Shown one piece after another: positions 35,570 to 46,080 of a stretch of DNA of 62,008 bases (within the stretch, counting starts at the first letter, position 1; every line of letters begins with the position of its first letter). Both the position numbers and the translations under genes were made by a program. Source of the stretch: a virus (lineage: Duplodnaviria > Caudoviricetes); the IMG/VR virus record IMGVR_UViG_3300023184_000001, positions 1 to 62,008 of that record. One strand, written 5' to 3'. A model generated the notes under the pieces. The model was not told where the DNA came from. It saw only the letters and a program-made list of their open reading frames with translations, and made no database searches.

Positions 35570-38500
35570 ATGGTTCTTTTTTGTCGTAGGACTCTAGAGC
35601 CTCGATAGCCTTATCCACAGTATCCCCAAGCAACCTTGCATTTTTTGGTGTGATATTTACCCCGGCGTTTACCCCGAGGTTAGCTTTAAGCTTAGCATCG
35701 GAAAGAATTAACTTAAACACCGCATCACTTGCAAATGCCTTCTCTGGGTGCTTGCCGTTAAACTCTTGTAGCTTGCCGAGGGTCTCCTCAAACTTAGCCT
35801 CAAAGCGTTGCTGGTAATCCGCTGGCTTATCCAAATCTATAGACTTGCGGAAGTTGTCTTTAATATCGTTAGCAATTTTGTTCTTTTCTTCATCAACGGC
35901 TTTCTCCGCAGCGAAGGCTTTGAACCCACGCTCTTGCGCCTCGACAACTTTAGCTGGGCGGAATCCAATAGCCTGACCTGCAATGGCAGAAGCGGGGAGC
36001 TTGCCTTTTTCAAGCAGTTTGACCCCCCGCGTGTCCTCCACACCTTCAGTAGCATACCGATGCGCAATCAACAGTTTGCTTACAGAGGCAGGGGAAATTT
36101 TTTCTAGGGCAAGTTCGTACTCGCCATTGATACCTAGCTGGATACCTTTGGCGATATCTAGCGCAGTGCTAGCCCCAGCACCGGCCAATACCCAACCCAA
36201 GTTCATAGCAGTCTCAGTAAGATTTTTGCTGTGTGGTAGCTCACGGAAAAACATGTCGTTGAGGGATAAACGATTAGCAACATCCGAACCAGTCATCTTG
36301 TTAATTAGTCCAGTTTTAAGTATGTCGGCGATATGCGTGCTACCGAATACCTTATCCATGTAGACGCTCTTCCACCAAGTCGGGTAGTCAATATCTTTCA
36401 TTTCGGCTGGAGCATCTGGGTCCCTACCCCACTTAGCCCATGCAGCACCTAATATACCCATAACAACATTAAACAACGGCAGGGCAGTGAGGCCACCGGC
36501 AAGTAAGTGAGTACCCATAATGCCGAAAAACTTAGTTGCTGCAGCAACTTTGCCCTCCTTGTTCATAAGGGGCAACATACGGAAAAAGTTGCCGACTAGC
36601 AACCTAGTTGTAGTCAACGGGAAAAATTTGTACATGGTGACGAACTTGCCACCAGCACCGCGCATAATCATCGGTTTGCCGGAAGCTGAATTATTGCCTA
36701 AGGCTTCTGTCACTTCCTGCACCGCGCTATGCACAGCTTCCGCACGGGGTAAACCTTCACTTCGGTATAGATCGTACGAAGTGAGAAACAATACCTCTCG
36801 GGACAAGCGCTCACCGTGGTGCATGAGCCCGCCCATGATGAGAGTATTTGCTGCATCTTTGCTGTTCTCTACCCACTTGCTATCCAGCTTGCTACCTGTT
36901 TTTCTGGCTTGGGAAAATACTTCGTTAGCTAGCGTATCGGTAGTGACACCGTACATGGCGTTCATGTCCCGCACAGCTTTGCGCTGATCAGGTGTAAGCC
37001 CACGAGCAAACTCAATGCTTGGTGCACGCCATGTAGTAGTGCCGTCGGCGTTCTTCTGCACGACACCGTACTGATTCCATATTTTCATCCGTTGCGAAAG
37101 CGCTGCAAGAGCCTTTGGACCGTGGTTGCCAGCAAGCACTGGAATGCCTTTTAACACAATGTCAGCAGGTTGCAACATGGCCGAGGACCAGCTAGTAAGA
37201 TTCCGAACAAACGATACCTTAGTTACCATGTCCGTAAACTGTTCAGCACCTTGGGCAATTCCAGTTTTTGCTTTAGGTTCTAAATACTCGGCGACCATCT
37301 CCTTCGCACGGGTAACAAGCGGTCGGTATTTTTCTTCCGGGCCGACTAACCCACGCTCCGCCGCTGCCAATGCTTGCCGAACAGGGGTACCGAACTTGAG
37401 TTTGCTGTACGCTTTAGAAGCTTTTAAACCGTAAGAGTTTAAGTTCCGCAGCACATCAGAGCTAAAGCCCGCAGTACCCTCTCGGTGAATAAACATCTTG
37501 CGAATACTACCTTCTGGCATAGAGGTTAGGTATGCTTGATACAAGTTGTCTTTCATAGCCGCACGCACGGGTGTAGGATCAATAGCGTAGCCAATCGGTG
37601 CTGCATCAATAGCAGCATATCCAGCTTTTAAAAGTTCACTGCTAGATTCAATTGACCTACGCAACTCCACGCCACCAATATCCGCGCTCTTAACAATATA
37701 CCCGTCTTGCTCTAGCTCTTTTACATCTCTACCCTGACTATCTGCGTAGTTTTGCGCAGCGCGTTCACGCTCAGCCTTGGTATCAAAACGCATTGACAAA
37801 TAGTTTGCGCTACCCCGCTTGCCTATCTTTAGGATAAAGTCCCCATGCCGCATAAGCGGGAAGTACGGCTCAATCAAGTTTTCTTTTTGGTAGATTTCAC
37901 GAATACCGGCGATCAACTTTTTGCGGTCAGCGTCAGGGATGTCTAATTGGTCAAGATTTTCAGTGATGATGTGAAGCTGAAGCTCATTCATCTCCTTGTA
38001 GTAATCGCGTGTATCGCGATACAGTTGTTGCCCCGTTTTAGGCAACGCTGCGAATGCAGTATCAAGAGGTTCGTTTGATCTTGTATCCCCAACTTTGGCG
38101 GGGTCGTATTTAGCAAGAGTAGACACATGCGTTAAGTCTTCAAACGCAACCCGTGCATCGGGGTGAGCACGATAGAAACGTTTTGTTTGTTCTGTTATTT
38201 TGGAAGTGCTGCGCAAAATGTTCTGCGTCATGCCTGACATCTGTTGCATGAGCTTAGCTACTTCTTTTAGCGCAGGTATACGTTCGCCGGGTCCACGGGC
38301 AATGGTATCTATGTCAAAGAAGTTAGATATTTTGCTGCGGGCGCTATCGGTCATCCCGTCCCAAGCACCACTCAACGCTCTCCATATCTTGATTGGGTCA
38401 CGCACTGCCGCCTGAATAGATACCGCCTTGCCTAGCTCTTCACCAGCGCGGCTATCGGCAGTAGTCTTTGCTGCTTTAGAGGCATCCCTATCTAGCTGTT

Positions 38501-41500
38501 CAGCTTCTTCCTCGGGGGTCAGTGCAGCCTTGGAAGTTTTGGGCTCGGCGAGAGAGCGTTGAGCAAGTGCTTTGTTGCCAGCCTCAAGCATCCGCATGAT
38601 CCCAGATTTCTGACCGTTAAGGAGTTTGTCAGTAGCCAGAACCAAGTCCATCATGGCGTTGTTTTCATTCTCGCCGATGTTGAAGGCTTTGCGAACAGCG
38701 CCCACAAAACGATTGAAGAACGATGAACCACCTTCGGAACCTTTGGCACCAAGCAGAAAAGTCTGCATAGCCTCGTCACTCATGCCATAAGCAAGGAATT
38801 CTTGCGGGCTAGTAAAGATGGAACCGTACTTTTTGAGACTCCTGATCTCGGGAGGCAATTCTCCCGCAGCCGCAAGCTGATTGAACCGGGCTTCGGCGCT
38901 CTCCATAATGCGCTGAATGTCACCTGCTGCCTGAGTTATCGCGCTAGTTGTGGAGAATCCGCGCTCTAGTGCTTTGAGGCCCAAGTACAGTTTCTGATTC
39001 GTAGCTGCGTGCAACAGTTCGTGCAATACAACTACGTTGCTAACCCCATGACCTGAACCAAAACTAGCACCGCGCAGGTAGACAGTTCTCTCGCCCGTTG
39101 CATCATTCTGTACGTACATACCACGGGCCTTGGCCCACTCTGCCGCCGCACGCGGGGTCTTCAGCCGGTCAGGTACTGGGCTGTCCTTTTCCAGCACGAC
39201 GAAATTCACATTGCCAACAAAGCTCCTGATCCGCTGGGCGACTAACCTTTGGAACAGGGTGCCAGTCTTAATGATGTGCGTGATTGCCTGCACACCATTT
39301 GTGAACTTGGAAAACTTAGGGTCAGCTTTAGCTATAGACGCTGCACCCTCTATGCTCGGCAGAGTCTTGACACCTGCCTCGGCAGCAACTTCACGTTTGA
39401 GAGTTTCAAGTTCTGCGGGAGTAAACCGATTGCTGTATTTCTCAAGCGTGGCCTTGACGGCTTTGCGTACAGTGTCAGTACCAGTACCCGAAGACCGCAG
39501 CGTGAGGAGTTCCTTGTATGCAGCACGGCGCTTTGTCTGGTTACCGGTATTGATTGCGGATTCAAGCGCGGTGGTTTGTTTCTCCGCTGCACGCCTAGTT
39601 CGTTCGTTAGCAGCGTTGCTAACCTTGCGTCCCGTTGCCTTGCTAGCCTCTTGCTCAGGCGTCAGTACAAGAGAAGGCCGACCCCTAGGCTTCTTGATCT
39701 CAGCGAGCGCAGCCTTAGCCTGCTCAACCACTTCGTTTGCAGGTGGGTTTACTACCGGGGCTTCGGCTGGGGCTACCGGGGCTTCGGCTGTTGGGGTTTC
39801 GGCTATGGCTTCAGTAGGGGCTTTGGCTGTGGCTTCGGCTGTTGGGGTTTCGGCTATGGCTTCAGTAGGGGCTTTGGCTGTGGCTTCGGCTGGGGCTTCA
39901 GTAGGGGCTTTGGCTGGGGCTTCAGTAGGGGCAACCGTTGGCGCACTATCTACGCGAGCCACAGCCTCCCGTACTCTAGCAATAGTATCTTCAGGCGCGG
40001 CTTTCTTCGATACCTCTAACCCAAGCCCACGCGCAATTGAGTTGATTTTTAACGTGCTGGTCGGCGTGCCTCCGCTGTCTATGGCAGTAATTAGGTTACG
40101 TGCGGCCACTATCTCAGGGGCCGGGGCTTCGGCTGTGGCTACTGGGGTTGGGGTTGGGGTTGGGGTTGGGGTTGGGGTTGGGGCTGTGGCTACTGGGGCG
40201 TTAGTTTTGGTAGCCTCTGTAGTCAATGCACCGGGCTTAGTGCTTTCTCCCACTGCAGGCCCCGCAGTAGTAGCTCCAGTTGAAACCACTCCTCCGGGTT
40301 CAGACTCAGTAGGTCCTTTGGCTGCGGTAGCTCCTGCGGGTTGTTCAGCCACAGTAGCGCTTGTTCTATCTGATTCACCGACAGACTTTGTAGGGACAGT
40401 GGCTGGGGCATTTTCAGCTTCCTCTTTCTCAACTCGTTGCGTTGCAATCTTGATTGCGTCTTCTTCCGTAGCCCCAGTAATATCCTCTATTTTTGATGCT
40501 AGTTCCTTGATCCGCGTTTCCCGTTCTGCGGAAACTACAGGGACTTCGGTTTTGGTTGTTGGCGCTGGGGTAGCAGCACTTACCTTATTTAGACCAATAT
40601 CCGCAAGGCTAAATTCTGTACCGGGGGCGGCACTCCTTATCGCACCTGATTGCTCCGGGGGCGCACTTTTTATAGCGGATGAAGTTTTTTGCAACATTTG
40701 AAGACCGGCAGAATGTCCGCCAGCCATAGCAATACCGGTTATCAGCCCTTGGGCCGCAGCTTTGTCTACGCCTTCATCCCAAGGTTTACCCGTTGCAAGG
40801 TTTGTAAAAATCTGTTCTTGAGCGGACTGGGGCATCTCTTCAAGAAAGCCTTCTTTGGCAACCTCCTTAAGAAATTTAGTGAGGAACGGACCTTCCCCTA
40901 CGCCCACGTTTTTAACCCCAGCAGATCGAGCGGCAATGTTTGTTTCCGCATCGCCGATGCCAAATTTCTGCGCCACTTTGCCAGACACAGCACTAATGGC
41001 TGCAGTCCCAAACCCCGCAGCTAAAGCGGGTAGCACGTACTCGTTCCAATCTTTGCCCGACTGCCTACCAGCTTCCGCAATAGAACCAGCCGACTGGACC
41101 CCTTCAGCGCCCCCGGCAACAGATGCAATTTTAAAAGCCTGCTCTTTAACCTTGTCGGCAATAAATTTTTCCGCACTTGCGCCACTCAAACCTAAACTAG
41201 ATGCCTCTGCTGTGGCTTTACCCACTAGAAAACGTACAAACCTGCCACCTACAACGCCAGCAGCTACTGTACCGGGCAGGGATTCTGCAATGCCACCAAC
41301 AAGGGCTGTAGGGTTAACTACCATCTCTTTCAGAGTATTCAAAAAGCCTACTGCTTCTTCTACGTTTTTGTCAGCGTTTTTGCGGGTTAATGACTGAAAC
41401 CCAGTCAAAAACTCATTTGTACTTTTAGGATCGTATCCAGCTTTGGCGAACACACGCCCCGCTGCGCCACCGGAAGTTAGATCGAGTAAGCCTACGTAGC

Positions 41501-42092
41501 TTTCACCAAAGCCAACAATTCCTTTAGCTACATCAAGCCCAGTGTCTTTTGCAAAGTCAGTAATGCCGTAATTTTCATTTTTAGCCCCGGTACGAAGCGT
41601 ATCTCTAGCTGCTTTTGCAACAGCTTCTTTTTTGGCCCCAATAGCAACTAGCCTATTAGCTTCTTCCGCAGCCTTACGATTTGCTGCGGTATCTGGGAGT
41701 TGTGGTATCTGCTTGCCCTCAAGCACAGACCCTTTGCGATCCCCACCCCCAACAGGTACGCCAGTAGCCCAATCCCGAACAAAATTCATGCCCGTGCCGA
41801 GGCTGTCAAAAAACCCTTTGGGGGCGGGGGTTTGGGCTACTGCGGGTTTGGCTAAGGCTTCTTCTAGAGTGAACTCTTGCGGCGCAGAGTCCGGGTCTTG
41901 CACTGCCATAGTTGGGGCTTGCTTGCGGGCCTTCATTGCCGCATCGTAGTCCCCACCGGGATTAATCTCCTCCCACGCTGCGCGAGAGGGTAGCTTATCA
42001 GAGGCAGGGGCCTCGTCAAATGTGTCAAAGAAGTTTTTTCCCGCAGCTACGGAAGCCTTTGGGCTATCAAAGGTGTCAAAAAAGTTTGCCAT
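35568..42092 (-). CDS. Giant internal virion/ejection protein (~2174 aa) with a zincin HExxH motif
   Basis: Likely start MANFFDTFD; P/T/A/E linker repeats; VVVLHELLHAAT..EFLAYG; last gene of the late arm. Confidence 0.7.
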   Translation of the reverse strand: MANFFDTFDSPKASVAAGKNFFDTFDEAPASDKLPSRAAWEEINPGGDYDAAMKARKQAPTMAVQDPDSAPQEFTLEEALAKPAVAQTPAPKGFFDSLGTGMNFVRDWATGVPVGGGDRKGSVLEGKQIPQLPDTAANRKAAEEANRLVAIGAKKEAVAKAARDTLRTGAKNENYGITDFAKDTGLDVAKGIVGFGESYVGLLDLTSGGAAGRVFAKAGYDPKSTNEFLTGFQSLTRKNADKNVEEAVGFLNTLKEMVVNPTALVGGIAESLPGTVAAGVVGGRFVRFLVGKATAEASSLGLSGASAEKFIADKVKEQAFKIASVAGGAEGVQSAGSIAEAGRQSGKDWNEYVLPALAAGFGTAAISAVSGKVAQKFGIGDAETNIAARSAGVKNVGVGEGPFLTKFLKEVAKEGFLEEMPQSAQEQIFTNLATGKPWDEGVDKAAAQGLITGIAMAGGHSAGLQMLQKTSSAIKSAPPEQSGAIRSAAPGTEFSLADIGLNKVSAATPAPTTKTEVPVVSAERETRIKELASKIEDITGATEEDAIKIATQRVEKEEAENAPATVPTKSVGESDRTSATVAEQPAGATAAKGPTESEPGGVVSTGATTAGPAVGESTKPGALTTEATKTNAPVATAPTPTPTPTPTPTPVATAEAPAPEIVAARNLITAIDSGGTPTSTLKINSIARGLGLEVSKKAAPEDTIARVREAVARVDSAPTVAPTEAPAKAPTEAPAEATAKAPTEAIAETPTAEATAKAPTEAIAETPTAEAPVAPAEAPVVNPPANEVVEQAKAALAEIKKPRGRPSLVLTPEQEASKATGRKVSNAANERTRRAAEKQTTALESAINTGNQTKRRAAYKELLTLRSSGTGTDTVRKAVKATLEKYSNRFTPAELETLKREVAAEAGVKTLPSIEGAASIAKADPKFSKFTNGVQAITHIIKTGTLFQRLVAQRIRSFVGNVNFVVLEKDSPVPDRLKTPRAAAEWAKARGMYVQNDATGERTVYLRGASFGSGHGVSNVVVLHELLHAATNQKLYLGLKALERGFSTTSAITQAAGDIQRIMESAEARFNQLAAAGELPPEIRSLKKYGSIFTSPQEFLAYGMSDEAMQTFLLGAKGSEGGSSFFNRFVGAVRKAFNIGENENNAMMDLVLATDKLLNGQKSGIMRMLEAGNKALAQRSLAEPKTSKAALTPEEEAEQLDRDASKAAKTTADSRAGEELGKAVSIQAAVRDPIKIWRALSGAWDGMTDSARSKISNFFDIDTIARGPGERIPALKEVAKLMQQMSGMTQNILRSTSKITEQTKRFYRAHPDARVAFEDLTHVSTLAKYDPAKVGDTRSNEPLDTAFAALPKTGQQLYRDTRDYYKEMNELQLHIITENLDQLDIPDADRKKLIAGIREIYQKENLIEPYFPLMRHGDFILKIGKRGSANYLSMRFDTKAERERAAQNYADSQGRDVKELEQDGYIVKSADIGGVELRRSIESSSELLKAGYAAIDAAPIGYAIDPTPVRAAMKDNLYQAYLTSMPEGSIRKMFIHREGTAGFSSDVLRNLNSYGLKASKAYSKLKFGTPVRQALAAAERGLVGPEEKYRPLVTRAKEMVAEYLEPKAKTGIAQGAEQFTDMVTKVSFVRNLTSWSSAMLQPADIVLKGIPVLAGNHGPKALAALSQRMKIWNQYGVVQKNADGTTTWRAPSIEFARGLTPDQRKAVRDMNAMYGVTTDTLANEVFSQARKTGSKLDSKWVENSKDAANTLIMGGLMHHGERLSREVLFLTSYDLYRSEGLPRAEAVHSAVQEVTEALGNNSASGKPMIMRGAGGKFVTMYKFFPLTTTRLLVGNFFRMLPLMNKEGKVAAATKFFGIMGTHLLAGGLTALPLFNVVMGILGAAWAKWGRDPDAPAEMKDIDYPTWWKSVYMDKVFGSTHIADILKTGLINKMTGSDVANRLSLNDMFFRELPHSKNLTETAMNLGWVLAGAGASTALDIAKGIQLGINGEYELALEKISPASVSKLLIAHRYATEGVEDTRGVKLLEKGKLPASAIAGQAIGFRPAKVVEAQERGFKAFAAEKAVDEEKNKIANDIKDNFRKSIDLDKPADYQQRFEAKFEETLGKLQEFNGKHPEKAFASDAVFKLILSDAKLKANLGVNAGVNITPKNARLLGDTVDKAIEALESYDKKEP

Positions 42093-42093
42093 G

Positions 42094-44439
42094 TTACTGT
42101 CCTTGCAGTATCTTGGCTGCAGCGCCTCTTCCAAATTTTAGGTCAAACTCAGCAGCCCTATTGGGGTTAGCCTTTAGGGCTTGTATGTGTGCAGCGGTTG
42201 GCGTAGCGGCAGGGGCAGGGGCAGGGGCAGGGGCAGCTTGGGGGGCAGGGTTAGCCAAAGAGCCAGCTAGGGCATTGGCTTCTTTTACCCTAGCTTCCAC
42301 TCTACGCTTTATTTCCGCCGCATGTGCTACAGGGTCTGTCTTTTCTAGTCTACGCATTACGGGGTCTGCAAATGCTTGTTCATTTACAGACTTGAGCGCA
42401 GCGGCAACTGCTGCCTCACGTCTAAGTTGGGCAGCTTGGGCAAGTTTTGCTTTTTCAGCGGCGTCAACTTGCGCAAGTCTTGTTTTTTCATTTTCGTCTC
42501 TAGGGCCACCTGCCGGGATGTCGCTCTGGCTTGAACTCATTCTCTGCTGTTTCAAACCCTGAATTTGCAAAGATAATTCATAGGCAATACGATTCCTTTG
42601 CTGACCTACAGTTTCCCCCGGTTTTGGTTGTTCACTGCCCATCCTGTGGGCAACACCAGCTTCAAGGGTTCTGTTGTCAAAGTTAACATTAAGTTCTTTC
42701 TCGGGCTTCGTGGCCGCAAGAATACCCTGCAGCAGCGTGCGCTGACGGTAGTTCGCGTCTTGTCTAGCTAAGTGAGCAGCACGCCGATTCTGTTCGGCAG
42801 CGGCAACTAGCCCCTGAGCCTCACGGTGCAGGCCCATCTTTTCCTTGCGTTCGGCGTCGGCCAAATTGATACGCATAGCTTCGAGCGCTCGGTTTTCTAC
42901 CTGTGACGCCTGATTAGTCGCACCGTAAGCCTGCCCGAACGCTACAGCACCTGCACCTAAACCACGAGCTAAGTCGTTGCCTTGCAACATAGCTCCAGCA
43001 GCTTGTAGCGCCGCTAGCCCCCTACCTTGTTTCCGATTAGTGGCATTTTCTTCTTGCATGCGCTTGATGTTCTCACGCTCTTCGTTGTACTGACTCGGCC
43101 CAGCCGAATCTATAAGCTCTTTCCTAGCTGCCATTACTGCTGCTAAACGCTGCTCGGGGGTCTGCTCCGTGTATACAGGGGCTGGAGTCCGGTAATCTTT
43201 GAACATTTCTCTAAGCAACCCCCTACGCATATCTTCTTCGCTTAGTTCTGGTTCTAGTTTCTCTACGTCGGCATAACCCCCACCACCGGCAGGTGCGGCT
43301 GCTCCTTCCCCATAACCAAGCCCAAATTCATCTAGGCCCATACCCCCACCAGCAAAAGCAACAATACCACCACGAGCCATGCTTTCTTTCGTCGGCAGCA
43401 TCTTGTTCATGTCTACGGGTAAGGAAGCAAGGCCATTTTTCATAGATGCACGGGCAGCTTTCTCCATGCTCACAATCTGGAGTTGCTCTTGATCCCCACG
43501 GGCTTTCGCCGCTTCTTCAGCTTGGTCTAGTTGCTCATCGGATAACCCACGCACAATGCTCTCAATGTTCTGCTGGCTATCTACGCTACCGCCGTCGGCA
43601 AAGAATTGTTTCAAGCCGTAAGCAGCAGAAATACCAGAACCCAACAACTGGCCGAATGACGGTGAGCCTGTAGTACCGGTCTGGTATTGAGTGCCGGAAC
43701 TACCAATTGGAAGGCCCCGTATCATGTTAGCCATGTTGCTCAATTTTTGTTGGGGGTCTGCTTTTTGGTCTAGGAAGTCTTGGTACGATAGGTCCAACCC
43801 CCGCTGCCCCATAGCCTGCTCTTGTGCGCCGTAGGCCGACTGCAGCCGGTTGACATCCATACCCTGCGTGATGCCTGAGCGAAACTGATTGGACGCTTGG
43901 TCAAAGTTTGCCTGATCCCCACGAGCTTGGATGTCGCCCATTTGTTGCCCGAGGTTGCGCTCGCGTTCAGCCCGCATAATCGCATCACGTGAACCACCAA
44001 AAGCCCCTGCCTGAGCAGCCTGCGCCTGTTGCATCGTCCCCATAATGCCCGACTGCCGACCCGCTTCGCGCTTCTGAATATCCGTTACTTGCTGCTGATA
44101 CGGCGACATGTAGGCACCAATGCCCTTACTGAATCCTTCCGGCCCAGCGTTCATGTTTGCAGCGTTTTGTTTTGCCTGCTCCTGCATTGGGGTAAACCCT
44201 TGGATGCGGTTAGCTCCATAGGCTTCGTACGGACGATCAGATAACGCTGATTGTTTGGCTAGCGTGTCTTGTGCATAGCCTTTAGCCCATTCGGGTAAAC
44301 CCGTATCCGTTGTGGTAGTTGTGGAGGGGGCGGAACCGCCACCTTGGGGGATGATGCCCCCATCAGCTTTACGAATAAACGCACGGGGAGGGAGGTCTGG
44401 TATGCCCAGCATAGCCATTGCGTGGTTATTAAATTTCAT
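42094..44439 (-). CDS. Internal virion (DNA ejection/pilot) protein
   Basis: Q/A/G-rich; YMSPYQQQV..GAFGGSR; xxGG motifs. Confidence 0.65.
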   Translation of the reverse strand: MKFNNHAMAMLGIPDLPPRAFIRKADGGIIPQGGGSAPSTTTTTDTGLPEWAKGYAQDTLAKQSALSDRPYEAYGANRIQGFTPMQEQAKQNAANMNAGPEGFSKGIGAYMSPYQQQVTDIQKREAGRQSGIMGTMQQAQAAQAGAFGGSRDAIMRAERERNLGQQMGDIQARGDQANFDQASNQFRSGITQGMDVNRLQSAYGAQEQAMGQRGLDLSYQDFLDQKADPQQKLSNMANMIRGLPIGSSGTQYQTGTTGSPSFGQLLGSGISAAYGLKQFFADGGSVDSQQNIESIVRGLSDEQLDQAEEAAKARGDQEQLQIVSMEKAARASMKNGLASLPVDMNKMLPTKESMARGGIVAFAGGGMGLDEFGLGYGEGAAAPAGGGGYADVEKLEPELSEEDMRRGLLREMFKDYRTPAPVYTEQTPEQRLAAVMAARKELIDSAGPSQYNEERENIKRMQEENATNRKQGRGLAALQAAGAMLQGNDLARGLGAGAVAFGQAYGATNQASQVENRALEAMRINLADAERKEKMGLHREAQGLVAAAEQNRRAAHLARQDANYRQRTLLQGILAATKPEKELNVNFDNRTLEAGVAHRMGSEQPKPGETVGQQRNRIAYELSLQIQGLKQQRMSSSQSDIPAGGPRDENEKTRLAQVDAAEKAKLAQAAQLRREAAVAAALKSVNEQAFADPVMRRLEKTDPVAHAAEIKRRVEARVKEANALAGSLANPAPQAAPAPAPAPAATPTAAHIQALKANPNRAAEFDLKFGRGAAAKILQGQ

Positions 44440-44843
44440 AGCTTTACCCCAACAATACGGTATTTTTCTTTGAAGCCGTAGCGTTGCCACAGCCTAGCAA
44501 TTGATTCCCTAGCAGCACCTTCAATAGCCGTAGCACCCATAGACCTTGCATAGGCCCGTAGCTGCTCAAACGTATCTCCACTGCTTACTAGCCTGCCGCC
44601 TATAGCGGTAATAAACGCAACCCGATCATCAGGGCGATTGAAAAACTCAACTGTCGCGGCACCGTGGATAACACCAGAATCATCAACTGCAACAATCAGT
44701 GCCCACTTACCTTGGGTTACAAATACCTTAGCATGCGTTACTGTGTAGTCCCCATTGGAGTGCTCCAGCGCATCAGCTATAAACCCCTCAACCTTGTCCC
44801 AAGTATAGTTCACCCACTCTGAGGCGACATACTGTATTTTCAT
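44436..44843 (-). CDS. GNAT-fold-like virion assembly protein
   Basis: AFITAIGG....GA..IEG.AR....RLW..YGF; position among internal virion genes. Confidence 0.5.
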   Translation of the reverse strand: MKIQYVASEWVNYTWDKVEGFIADALEHSNGDYTVTHAKVFVTQGKWALIVAVDDSGVIHGAATVEFFNRPDDRVAFITAIGGRLVSSGDTFEQLRAYARSMGATAIEGAARESIARLWQRYGFKEKYRIVGVKL

Positions 44844-45787
44844 GCTGGTAGATGCTTATCCATGCGCGAATTGACAGCCACCTTGTTTGTACCAATAGAC
44901 TTTTTACGGCCTGCTTGAATACGAGCAAGCATGGCATACAGCTTACGCGCACCAGCTTCAGTTGAGCCGTTGCCCAACTCTGACACAATTCTCGATGGCA
45001 CTACGAACTCACCGTCCGCGAGCCGTGCAGGTTGCTTTGCTTTGCCAATAGTTGCCGGGATCGAGTCTGAAACACCGTCTCCGGGGCCGCGCAGGAGCCT
45101 GCCACCGTCTGAGTAACCACCGAGGGAGCCTAGACCACCTAGGGCGTAGCTGCTTATCATGCCGCCTTTGGCGTTATCTCCTGATGGTGCGTTGCCTACA
45201 CCATAGCCACCAGCAGGGGCAGTAGGGTCAACACCACCACTCATTTCATTTCCTTGCCAACTTTCGCCGGTGCTTCCACCACCTTGTGCTGCATTTTTAC
45301 CGCCTAGCCCGTTCGTACCCGAAACATCATCTCGGCTACTTTCTTGAGGATCGGTAGGCGTTTCTTGTTGCGCTGAACGGCCTTCCCGTGCTGCTTGCGA
45401 TAGATACCCACCTATAGAAGTTAAACCTTTATCTGTTAAAAATGCGCCTAAATTAGCAGCGGGACTCCAATTTGGTGTTGATGGTGATGTAATGCCATCA
45501 TTCCCACCCCTATCACTACCAGCATTGACACCCGTACCGGCGTTTCCGCCTAAATTTGATGCTACGGTTCCAGCGGGGACCCATGTGTACTGGCCCGTTG
45601 CTGGGTTGTACGTGTACTTCCCACTGCTGTATGTTTTTTCTCCCGCCGCTGCGTTTGCAGCCTCGATAGCTGCAGACCTAGGCAAGTAGTCGTAGTACAG
45701 TTGCTCTCTGCCAAAGCTGCTACCGTAGTTGCCATTATTAGGCACATCTGGCTGGGGAAAATAATTGGGGTCGTCTCTGAGGTTCAT
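44840..45787 (-). CDS. Internal virion protein
   Basis: G-rich; GGRLLRGPGDGVSDSIPA..ARLADGEFVVP C-terminal domain. Confidence 0.6.
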   Translation of the reverse strand: MNLRDDPNYFPQPDVPNNGNYGSSFGREQLYYDYLPRSAAIEAANAAAGEKTYSSGKYTYNPATGQYTWVPAGTVASNLGGNAGTGVNAGSDRGGNDGITSPSTPNWSPAANLGAFLTDKGLTSIGGYLSQAAREGRSAQQETPTDPQESSRDDVSGTNGLGGKNAAQGGGSTGESWQGNEMSGGVDPTAPAGGYGVGNAPSGDNAKGGMISSYALGGLGSLGGYSDGGRLLRGPGDGVSDSIPATIGKAKQPARLADGEFVVPSRIVSELGNGSTEAGARKLYAMLARIQAGRKKSIGTNKVAVNSRMDKHLPA

Positions 45788-46080
45788 GTTTTTACTTTCA
45801 GTACGTTGCTTGCCGAAGTATCATAGTAGATATCCCCAACGCGCAGATTAGCAAGGTTGGCTTGGGTTGGCAAGCTAGGGGATGTGCCAGACGTAGGGAA
45901 AAAACTCAAGCCAGAAACAACTTCCGTGCCGTTAAACTGAGACGATGCCGAGATAGGCCCAGCGTTGTCCAATTGGGTAAAATACAGGCGGAGCACGTTA
46001 AGCAACTGACTTAGCATTGCAAAATCGTATTCCGGTGTAACCGCCGGTAGCCGTGGAGCAGTTACGTTTTTTTGTGCCAT
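45784..46080 (-). CDS. Small tail-associated protein
   Basis: APRLP...EYD.....L.NVLRLYF.QLD. Confidence 0.55.
   Translation of the reverse strand: MAQKNVTAPRLPAVTPEYDFAMLSQLLNVLRLYFTQLDNAGPISASSQFNGTEVVSGLSFFPTSGTSPSLPTQANLANLRVGDIYYDTSASNVLKVKT

Noticed and set aside
39130-41949. Long plus-strand ORFs (523 aa, 256 aa GFG-repeat)
   Set aside because: Antisense to the giant internal protein and its linker repeats; no RBS or domain motifs
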